DNA of 63,635 bases, filler included, from Octopus bimaculoides (lineage: Eukaryota): NCBI RefSeq assembly GCF_001194135.2. It is 5 parts of 4 records of this genome, joined end to end, with 100 filler letters (N's around TTAATTAATTAA, not from the genome) between each part and the next. Parts side by side here need not be neighbours in the genome. Positions count along the whole stretch, not along the records: positions 46,793 to 56,337 come from NC_069000.1; positions 56,438 to 59,865 come from NC_069003.1; positions 59,966 to 63,635 come from NC_068989.1; 2 more parts are not named here. The stretch is one strand, 5' to 3'. The position numbers were made by a program, and so were the translations under genes. Positions 54,193 to 63,635 of the stretch are shown piece after piece (within the stretch, counting starts at the first letter, position 1; every line of letters begins with the position of its first letter). The notes beneath the pieces were generated by a model. That model had not been told where the DNA came from, ran no database searches, and saw only the letters and a program-made list of their open reading frames with translations.

Positions 54193-54400
54193 GCGACAAC
54201 TTGGCAGAGTCGTTACCGCGCCAGGCAAAATACTTCGCGATATTTCATCTGTCTTTACAGTCTCAGTTCAAATTCCGCCGTTGTCAACTTTGCATTTCGT
54301 CCTTTCAAGGTCGACAAAACAAATACCAGTTTAGCACGGGGGTCAGTGTAATTGATTTGACCCCTCCTCCAAAATTGTTGGTCCTGAGCCAAAATTTGAA
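54193..54400 (+). mobile_element. SINE family A copy
   Basis: TTGGCAGAGTCGTTACCGCGCCAGGCAAAATACTT...CAGTTCAAATTCCGCCG...AATACCAG. Confidence 0.85.
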
Positions 54401-54427
54401 TTCATTAGTTATGCATACATATATAGT

Positions 54428-55075
54428 GTGAGGGCGCATGGCCTAGTGATGTCGCACTCACGATCACGAAATCGTGGTTTCGATTCCTAGACCGGGCCTT
54501 GAGTTGTATTCCTAAGGGAAACAGCTCATGCCACTTTGCTCTGCGATCACTTCGACATCTGACGTGTGGCACGCCGTGCACCATCACAGAAAATATCAAT
54601 TTGATGGAGGAAGTGACTTGATATACAATACAAACAGTTGTGCAGGTTGTTCAGTAAGAAATAACACAAGCGTCTTTACCGGCCTCGCGAAACCACCATA
54701 ACAGCTACAGCTTGATAACTAACATCACCACCTTAGTAGTCAATAAAAGTGGCACTCCGTCGGTTACGACGACCAGGGTTCCAGTCGATCCCATCAATGA
54801 AACAGCTTTGCTCGTGAAATTAACGTGCATGTGGCTGAGCACTCCACAGACATGTAGTACCCTTAAAGCAGTTCTCAGGGAGATTCAGCGTGACACAGTC
54901 ACTGATAAGGCTGGTCCTTTGAAATACAGGTACTACTCATTTTTGGCAGCTGAGTGGACTGGAGCAACGTGAAACAAAGTGTCTTGCTCAAGGACACAAC
55001 GCGTCACCGGAAATTGAACTCACAACCTTACGATCATGAGTCGAATACCCATAATCACTAACCCACGCACCTTTA
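54428..55075. mobile_element. SINE family C copies (54428-54600 plus; 54738-55075 minus)
   Basis: Head GGCGCATGGCCTAGTG...GTGGTTTCGATTCCTAGACCGGGC; the tail is shared with 50125-50300. Confidence 0.85.
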
Positions 55076-56019
55076 CAGTGGTCAATATCACACCTAACAC
55101 AACTGGCATCACTATATAACCAGCTAGCATCCTCATTTTATATGGCTAAGAAAATTCATTACTTAACTATCTTGGTGATGTCATAAGCGAAATATGACCA
55201 AATAGATTAATTTATCTCATCACATTTCAAACACGACAAATAGCTTCCATTTTCCCAGACAGATCAGTCATCCAATAGTGACACCATTATCGCCAGCAGT
55301 GACGTCACCAGGTAACTGTCATTACGTCATCACATGACCGGCTGGTATTGCCACTCTAACTTGCAACGTCATGAATCAATAATCGAAATCCGTTCGCAGT
55401 CACTGAGAAAGGGGATTCCTCTTTCCTCTTCGCAATGAACTTCGAGCTTTACGTCTATCCACGGAAAAGAAATCTTCTTAAGTTATATGATTCATTGGGA
55501 AAATTGATAAAGGAGGTTTTAGTTCCGACTAGCCCATGTCGACAGCTCCCTTCAGTTCTCTCTGACCGATTATATTTAATAGATCGACGTTGGTTTGCAT
55601 CCGTTCCACTTTCGAAGTAATAACTGCCTTGTGCGTATTCAGATACAATTGTTGTTGATTCAATTGCTTTTACTCTTTCCCTCCAACCTTCTCTCTTTCT
55701 CTTCTCTCTCACTCTTTCTCCCCAATATTTCGTCTTTTGCCTACACAATTATTAATATCGACATAATACCTCACTATAATTAGAGTCAAAGGGGTATCGG
55801 AATTCTACATACATAAAACGTCAAAGCAATTCGAACAGATATGTTTGCCCTAGCTCAGTTTGCTAGAAATAGCAACTAAATCTTCCTCAAATTACATCCT
55901 TCCGCATTAAAAACAGAAAAACACATTGAATGATGCAGTGCTAGATCAATGTATCTGAAACAATAAAACAGGAATGGTCACATCTGGAATGACCTTGATC
56001 ATAAAACACCTTGGTTAAG

Positions 56020-56278
56020 TACATTATTTACATTTGACGGATATTCGTCCTCATCTTGTTTATTGTTAACACAACGTTTCGGCTGATATACCCTCCAGCC
56101 TTCGTCAGGTGTCTTGGAGAAATTTCGAACCTGGGTTCTCATTCCTATCGATGTTACTATTATTATTATTATTATTATGATTATTACTATTATTAATCAG
56201 GTCGCTACCGTGAATCGAACTCGGAACCTTGGGGTTAGTAGACCGCGCTCTTAACCACTACGCCATATGCCCGTGGGC
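56020..56278 (-). mobile_element. tRNA-headed SINE-like element with a hammerhead-containing tail
   Basis: On the minus strand: A box TGGCGTAGTGG (56255-56265), B box GTTCGATTC (about 56212-56220), a (TAA)n linker, then a tail with the hammerhead. The tail recurs twice at 28184-28611. Confidence 0.8.
56068..56113 (-). ncRNA. Minimal type I hammerhead ribozyme motif (Penelope-type)
   Basis: The minus strand reads GACAC-CUGACGA-A-GGCUG-gagggtatat-CAGCC-GAAA-C-GUU-GUGUU. It has an intact core, 5-bp stem II, 5-bp stem I and a palindromic ACGU stem III that can only form as a dimer. Confidence 0.7.
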
Positions 56279-56514
56279 AATTATGGGGTGAATTTTAAGG
56301 CTTATAAATCTATTATTTTTCTATCCTTCCTCAATACNNNNNNNNNNNNNNNNNNNNNNNNNNNNNNNNNNNNNNNNNNNNTTAATTAATTAANNNNNNN
56401 NNNNNNNNNNNNNNNNNNNNNNNNNNNNNNNNNNNNNTATTTACGAGTCCAAATGTGCCATGCACTTATTGGAACTGGTAATAACATTATATTTCTACAC
56501 TTTACTGCTTAGTG

Positions 56515-56567
<53 letters not shown>

Positions 56568-56568
<1 letters not shown>

Positions 56569-56786
56569 GATGGGGTGCTGAAAAGTTCCTGGCTTTCGGT
56601 AAAAGAAAATACAGGAGTAAATCAGTTAATTATGATTTTATTCAACATATTCCCCTCTCAGATTCTCAAACTTGTTGCAACAGTCCTTCAGTTTTTATAA
56701 GCCCTGTAAAAGAACTCAGAAGGTTGGGCCTCCAACCAGGCCTTTCACGATACCCTTAAAGCCAGGAGCTTTTCAGCACCCACTTA
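56568..56786. mobile_element. Mariner-type MITE
   Basis: TIRs GGGTGCTGAAAAGTTCCTGGCTTT and AAAGCCAGGAGCTTTTCAGCACCC, flanked by TA, about 220 bp, non-coding. Confidence 0.85.
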
Positions 56787-57182
56787 TACAGACATACATA
56801 GACACACACACACACACATGTTTGTGCATGTTTGTATGTGTATGTATATATATATATACATATCTATATGTAAATACACATACATACATACTCATATATA
56901 TATATTATATTTAGCCATGTGTATATATGTGTGTCTATATATATAAATGACTTCTTTCAAATATTAAAAAAAAATTTTTTTTTAATTTAAGAAGTATTTT
57001 AATCATCTGATAAAACTTTTTTAGTTGATGAACATTTATTTTATTTTATTTTTACCTTTACTTATTTTATATTTGCCTATAGTGTTTTTTGGAAGTTTTT
57101 GAATTTTTAGCCGTTTATATTTAACCTCTTGATAGGCTGTTCTATTTGTTTTTTTTTATTGGCTTTTTTACATGTCTTTCAG

Positions 57183-57272
57183 GGATGAAGTTTGATTTAA
57201 ATAGCGTCAGTTCCAGAGATGTTTCTTCTGAGTTTGCTGCCAACATGCCAAAATTGGTTCGAAGACGTGGAG
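57183..57272 (+). CDS. Penultimate coding exon of an unidentified protein-coding gene
   Basis: Pyrimidine-rich acceptor ttttttacatgtctttcAG at 57182 and donor ggag|GTATGT at 57273. The 90-nt exon is open, reading (G)MKFDLNSVSSRDVSSEFAANMPKLVRRRG, and ends in phase 1, matching the phase-1 start of the 58102 exon. Confidence 0.7.
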
Positions 57273-57351
57273 GTATGTTTCAGCCCATGGCTGGAACCCT
57301 AAGGAGATATTCAGATTCTGGTGTGTATTTTTGGTCAACATTGTTATTTCA

Positions 57352-57387
<36 letters not shown>

Positions 57388-57634
57388 TTATTTTTGTTGT
57401 TCTTGTCTTTTAGCCCTAAGTCAGCCTAACCCAGCAGATCTATGATCAAAGATGTTCCAAATTTGACCATCCCATCTTGTATTCAGACATAGTCTATCTA
57501 GGACTAGATTAACTAATGTATTCTTTCTTGTGTAACTTCTGATCAGCTCTAATCTAACAAATCTGTTCAAAGATGTTCCAGCCGTGGCCATCCCATCTAT
57601 TATTTAGACATAATATATCTAGGTCTACATTTAA

Positions 57635-58030
57635 TCTTTTACTCTTTTACTTGTTTCAGTCATTTGACTGCGGCCATGCTGGAGCACCGCCTTTAGTCGA
57701 GCAAATCAACCCCGGGACTTATTCTTTGTAAGCCTAGTACTTATTCTATCGGACTCTTTTGCCGAACCGCTAAGTTACGGGGATGTAAACACACCACCTT
57801 CGATTGTCAAGCGATGGTAGGGGGACAAACACAGACACACAAACACACATACATATATATATATACATATATACGACGGGCTTCTTTCAGTTTCCGTCTA
57901 CCAAATCCACTCACAAGGCTTTGGTCGGCCCGAGGCTATAGTAGCTGACACTTGCCGAAGGTGCCACGCAGTGGGACTGAACCCGAAACCATGTGGTTGG
58001 TAAGCAAGCTACTTACCACACAGCCACTCC
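57635..58030 (-). mobile_element. SINE family B (CORE-like, resembling octopus OR2-type), full length, intronic
   Basis: Minus-strand head TGGCTGTGTGGTAAGTAG...GGTTCAGTCCCACTGCGTGGCACCTT.GGCAAGTG (a CORE-like CCTTGGGCAAGT block), central (TA/TG)n, and tail GCGGTGCTCCAGCATGGCCGCAGTCAAATGACTGAAACAAGTAAAAGA. Confidence 0.9.
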
Positions 58031-58101
58031 TAATAACATAATTTTTAATTATATTTTAATTATATTTTAATTTTTATTCTGCTCGTCTCTTCTCATTATA
58101 G

Positions 58102-58685
58102 ATATTGCATCGGTGACATCACGGATATTTTCCATGGAAAACAGCGACGGAGAGAGAATAGATGATGGAAACGAGCAAAAACTGAAGAAGAAAAAGAAGA
58201 AAAAGAAACGTTTTTCGAATAACCGTGTCAAACCTCAGTTGACCCCTTTGGTCCTAGCCATGCAGAAAGGGGCACAGGAGTTCCTTCGGAACAGTAAAAG
58301 ACACAAGCGCCGTGGTAGTGATACATCAGGGATCAGTCGGGCATCGGCACAGAGCATCCATTTCTCTCTGGATCGGAACAGCAGTGCTGATGGTCTGTCT
58401 ATTTCGTCGATGAAACCAAATTCAGAATTGAACATTCATAAAATCCACAAGACAGAAACAAAATCTAAAAGAGTGACAAACTTTGCTATTTTCACAGCTA
58501 ATTCTTTATTGCCGGGATCTGTACAAGACAATGACGGCCCACAAGGGACGAATTTAGCCATGGGAGACATGACTGCTGGTCATTCATCCTGTACGCAGTG
58601 TGGTGCCCAAAGTGTTTTCCCACCTGAAATTGCCATTTTTAACATAGAAGATGAAACTTCATCAACCACATCTTCATCTTGCTGA
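58102..58685 (+). CDS. Terminal coding exon (about 194 codons, Ser/Lys-rich, probably disordered C-terminal tail) of the same gene
   Basis: Acceptor ctcgtctcttctcattatAG at 58101. The frame is open to TGA at 58683-58685 with non-repetitive sequence, the longest complex ORF in the window. The splice join reads ...KLVRRRG-D-IASVTSRIFSMENSDG... No family recognised. Confidence 0.75.
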
Positions 58686-58953
58686 TTATTGCCTAGACTC
58701 CAATTTCACCAAAGACATTTCTATCAGTTCACAGATAACATTGCATCTTTTGGGACATCCTACAAACAGAGGGTACTTGAGATTCATTCCTCGAGTCTCT
58801 CGCAAGGACTGGAGGTTGATGTCTATTATTTTTTTTTTTTTGTCTCCAGTTCTGACTTGCCATTTACCCTTTTGTTACCATATTTCTCTGCCTTTGTTTC
58901 AAATAACTTTCAAAATGATGAAGAATTAGCTAAAATAACATTTTCATTATTAA

Positions 58954-59173
58954 CCCTTTAGCATTCACATTATTTTCTGTCAAATACATTGCTTATTTAT
59001 TCACATTGTTTTTGAATTAATCATACATTATCTCATAACTTCAAGAACTTGATATAATAGCATATTTTTACAATGACATTACCGGATAAACATGAGAAGC
59101 CACATCTGGTTGGCTTGAGCATAAAACTGATCAAATATTTGAGCTGGATATTGTCAGTTTAAATGCAAAAGGA
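58954..59173. mobile_element. piggyBac-type MITE
   Basis: TTAA|CCCTTTAGCATT at the left and AATGCAAAAGGA|TTAA at the right (imperfect TIR, TTAA target site). Confidence 0.6.
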
Positions 59174-61552
59174 TTAAACTAGTGACAAACTTTGCAAATA
59201 CAGACAAGACACAGATGTGTGTCAATAGCCAGCTGGAGGAGATGTTCTCCTGGGGCTAAAAGCAACAGTAACATCCACTCTTAGGGTTCAGCTGCATTTA
59301 AGTGGCAAATATACTTCACGTTGTCATGCAGTTACTGTTAATACCTCGTTCAGAGATTTAAGATTGATTAAACTAGTGTTTGGAGCATAAATGAACTTGA
59401 GATTTTGATGGGAGATTTTAATTTCGACAATTAAAAAAAGGCAAGTTTGTGCCATAGAACCAAGGGCAGTGTGAGGCAGGTTGGTACCAAAAGGGTTAAA
59501 ATGAACAAAAGAGATTATATTTTTGCATTGATTCAATACATATTTGAGCATCAAACCCTGGCATCAAGCCTCAGCTCAGAAGACTCATTCAGTGAGAAGT
59601 TTTTGATGTAATTAAACCCCCGAGTCCCATTTTAATTTAACATACTGATTCAACGACATGGTCATTGAAAAGATATGTAAACTTTTATTGCAGACTAGTA
59701 TTGAACCTGTTCCTCATTGTTTTTAAAACTGAAACTTTCACATTAACATTATTTTCGGGCTTCTGTCTCCATTTTAATTTTTTTGTATTCTCAGGAACTT
59801 GTAGCAATAGACTTCAGCTGTCTATTTAAAGTGCTGTCTCTTCCCATGTGTGTGTGTATATGTATNNNNNNNNNNNNNNNNNNNNNNNNNNNNNNNNNNN
59901 NNNNNNNNNTTAATTAATTAANNNNNNNNNNNNNNNNNNNNNNNNNNNNNNNNNNNNNNNNNNNNTTTATACGTCGTTGAAAAAGAGCCAAATTAAAAAC
60001 TATATAAAGCTACGTTTTCGGGATTTCTGTTTCGTTTCTGAGCAGGATTCTTTTTTATAAGTTTTCCCGCCGGGAAAGCCTTCAAGGTAAAGGTTTTCAG
60101 GAATTCGCCTTTATATTCATAACGTTGACTTAATCTTTTTTATAAATGACAACATAGATTGTCTTTTCAATACTGTTTTATTTGACTTCAGCATCCTTGC
60201 AGCCAACACTAGTTCCACTTGGCTAGCCTTGTCGCAAGATTCAAAGACAACAGGTTAGACCATCCCTGTAGATGTCGAGCGTCATCCAAAAGATCAGAAT
60301 AGACCATGGGGAAAGGACTCTAGGACGATAGGAAGGCAATTCGGGACCGAAAGGAAGAGACCAGCGATGTATGGCAACACTTGGATCATGATCAATGTCC
60401 TTTCAGTATACGCTGCTGATCTTACACTATTCCTTTTGATAAGTAAAGCAAGAGAAACGTTACATCTCATTTATCCTAGCTATGATAATGAGGTTTGTTG
60501 TGAATTGCTTCAGTATTATTACCAAACTTCGTTCTTCCATGACGAATTTCAAGTGAATAAATTAAGAACATTGTATCAGCTTTCCTGAATTTCACTACAG
60601 TTACCAGTCTATCATAACGGCAATTTTTAAGCCGTATTTAGACTTTTAGTCAGACCTGAAATTTTAGTGTCACCTGACATTTATTTGTCTCTATCGTTCG
60701 TATGTAATATACCTTGGAACACTTCGCTTCATGCAGATTGACAAAATATTTCGTAACCCAAAAGAGCACATTTTAATAATGCTGCAACCTGACAATAAAT
60801 TACTAATCCAAGGCAATGGATCGTTAGAACTTTTAAACCGTCGAGCAAGACGCCTTGCGATATCTGTTCTGGCTCTTTGCCTTTTGAAAGCAATACCTGT
60901 GACAACACTGGTACCCAGCTGTATCGACCCTAACTGTGAGCCCTTTCCTTGGGACAACATCTGTTATGTGGAAAGAGGAAGTTTGCGTGCATAGACAACT
61001 GATAGACTTCCTTTAATAAATCATTTCCCCGAACCAGCACATAGATATGAAGTTACCTAGTTAAATACTGACCGACAGAGCCCCTAATAGTAGCATATAC
61101 ATACAATAGTCTTAATAGGATTTAGAATTTTTGCAAGATAGACATAATCAAAGATATACTATTTTTAAAACACCAGCTGGATTCACCAACACCGTTCACG
61201 TTCAGACAGTCACCCTTGTCAATATTGGCATAAGTGAATTTTCATCAGGCATTGCCATCACAGAAATGTTTTCTAGATAAACATCTGTTGTACTTACTCA
61301 TATAGCGTGTTCTGTGTTTAAATCACGTTGGAGTTCGCTCAGTTTTCATCCTTGGTGGAGTTGAGAACTTAAGGACCAAATGCTAAATATTTTCGATGTT
61401 TTCTCCTGTGGTTGTGTGTTTATTTTAAAACTGACAATAATTATTGTTTATTTGCATCAAAGTTCAATGCAACACAATCTTCACTAGAATACAGGAAACG
61501 GTCATGTTTCTTATTGTCAAACCTTAGGTAGCTTTATATTATTGAATCAGTG

Positions 61553-62543
61553 TAAGGCAGCAAGCTGGCAAAATCGTTAGCATGCAGGACACAATGTTCA
61601 GCGGCATTTTGCCTACCCATAGGTACTGAGTTCAATATTCAGTGAGGTCGACTTTGCTTTCATCCTTTCGAGATCGATTAAACAAGTACCAGTTGAATTC
61701 AGACATAGATGTAATCGACTAGCCGCCCTCTTCCAAAACTTCAAACCTTATGGCTATAGCACTAACAGTTATATAATTAGTGAATGAAAAAAATGCTGCA
61801 AAGTCTTTTTCCGGCACTCTGCTCATTTTATGAGCTCGGTAGAGCATCCGAAAAATGCCTTGCGATGTATGTTCCGGATTTTTACATTCTGCTTTCAAAT
61901 TCTGCAATTGTCAACATTACCTTTCAACCTCAGTGAAGTACGATACTGTGGTTGATGGTATCAGCGTAACACTTCCCCTCAAACTTGCCGGCCTTGTACC
62001 TAAATTAGAAACGAATATTAAATTAGTGTGGAGCCTCCATTGTTACCACTGTAATAGTTATTGCTATAGTGACTGAGACTACTCGTAATTAGCATGCTAA
62101 TTTTAGAATTGACACAAAGCCAGAAACTTTGAGTGAAGGGAGAAGTCGATTACGTCTACGTCAATGTTCAGCTGATTTGTACTTTATCGACTCAGAATGA
62201 AAAGTAAAATGATCTTGGTAGCATTTGAACTCAGAACGTAAAGAGCCGAAAGAAATTCAGTTGAGCAATTTGTGCAGTGAGGCAAGAATTCTGCTAGCTC
62301 GCTGCCTTACGTACTTGCCAGAATCCTGATGTCAAATTTTGGAATAAGGCCAGCAAGTTCTGGGTAAGGGATAAGCCGATTACGTCGATTCCAGTACTCA
62401 ACTGGTACTTATTTTATCGACCTCGAAAGTATAAAAAGCAAAGACAACGTAGACAGAATTTGAACTCAGAATGCGAAGACGGACGAAATTATGTTAAGTA
62501 TTTTGATCGGAATGCTAACGATTCTGCAAGTTCACCGCCTTCA
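61553..62543. mobile_element. Cluster of SINE family A copies (61553-61772 plus; about 62120-62310 minus; about 62345-62543 minus)
   Basis: The same head and tail blocks as other family A copies, in both orientations. Confidence 0.75.
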
Positions 62544-63479
62544 AGCACTTCCCATAATATTAGTATCATAATATCAATATCATTATATTAGTATCAAATT
62601 TAGCTTCCGCTATTTTTTGTTACGAAACGAGAAAATTCTATATTTATAAACATCAGTTCTTTTGTTGGTTTGTTTGTTTGTTTGATTTTATTTCTGTTCG
62701 ACTTTCAATGTTCTTCCTGTTGTTTAACACCAATTAGGCTCTCATGGAACTCACCTAGGGCTAAAACTATTCTAGCCATGATAATCTTGTCTTTCTCTTC
62801 TTAGATATGGGAACCTAATGTGTCGTTTCTAAAGACAGTTAGAATTTGTTATATGTGGGATATTTCATTGTCATTCCTAGTAAGTCAAACACCGCAGTCG
62901 AAACTTACTTGTGGCTAGAGTTCTTTATTTCTTATTTCTTTACTTAAAAGTATGCGGTCGGAGATAGAAATAGTGGAATATAAGGAGAGTCCTTAACATC
63001 TTCCCCAATATCCCCGTTTGGTTTACTATGGGCGACTACGTAATAGCAATTTTTATACGAATATGTTTGAGATGTATATTCGTTAATATGATTATCATTT
63101 TCAAGGTTACTTACTTTATATTGCATTTTGGTTTTCCATATATGAACGTGCATTAGTGAACAGCAACCTCTGCGTGAGATATTCAAATTAAAACAGTCGG
63201 AAGTGGTTTTCTAGGATGCCATAGAACTCTGGTTATGCGGAAATAATACTTCTTCAGCAACTAGATGACGAAAACATCCTTCTAAATCCACATGTTTACC
63301 TTGTCACATAATTATTATTTTCCAAGTGGAATGGAAAGAAAAAAGAAATAAAACTTTACGCTTTAAGAATGTTTTTTTGTGCTTTCCATTCGTTTATTCT
63401 AGAGTAGCAGATCGCTTCCAAGTAAAAACACGCCATAAAACCGATAGTAAAAAATAACTACAAGAACAATAACAGGATA

Positions 63480-63491
63480 ATAATAACGATA

Positions 63492-63532
<41 letters not shown>

Positions 63533-63556
63533 ATCAACAACAACAACAACAACAAA

Positions 63557-63626
<70 letters not shown>
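63480..63626. repeat. (ATG)n(AAC)n(ATC)n(ATT)n compound microsatellite
   Basis: Direct reading. Confidence 0.95.
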
Positions 63627-63635
63627 GTTCAGTAG

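Noticed and set aside
55380-55750. Upstream exon of the 57-58 kb gene
   Set aside because: Open frames exist on both strands but no donor gives the needed phase 1, and it lies across an artificial linker.
56200-56278. Genuine tRNA gene (and the similar heads of SINE families A-C)
   Set aside because: A and B boxes are present, but there is no complete acceptor stem and the heads run into repeat bodies; these are SINE heads.
60830-60960. Resemblance of VVPRKGL...CCHRYC to a C1 domain (RASSF-like)
   Set aside because: The Cys/His spacing does not fit a C1 domain and the frame stops shortly after.

Overview
AT-rich, gap-ridden eukaryotic genomic DNA with very dense microsatellites. The SINE families suggest an octopus or other cephalopod (inference). 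Four identical 100-bp spacers (44N + TTAATTAATTAA + 44N) show the window is five separately assembled pieces, so order and orientation across them are unproven. Most of the sequence is interspersed repeat: three tRNA-headed SINE families, mariner, hAT and piggyBac-type remnants and MITEs, a decayed RTE-type LINE, a decayed Penelope GIY-YIG fragment and several large palindromes. Nearly all ORFs in the track are low-complexity or N-run artefacts. The best-supported host gene is a pair of phase-compatible plus-strand terminal exons (57183-57272 and 58102-58685) of an unidentified protein; other exon candidates are weak. The most notable observations are: (1) a small tRNA-headed element whose tail carries a minimal Penelope-type hammerhead ribozyme, present singly and as an inverted pair; (2) a decayed 18S-ITS1-5.8S rDNA fragment on the minus strand; (3) a degenerate tandem array packed with TGACGTCA (CRE) sites. 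No CRISPR array or prokaryotic features were seen.
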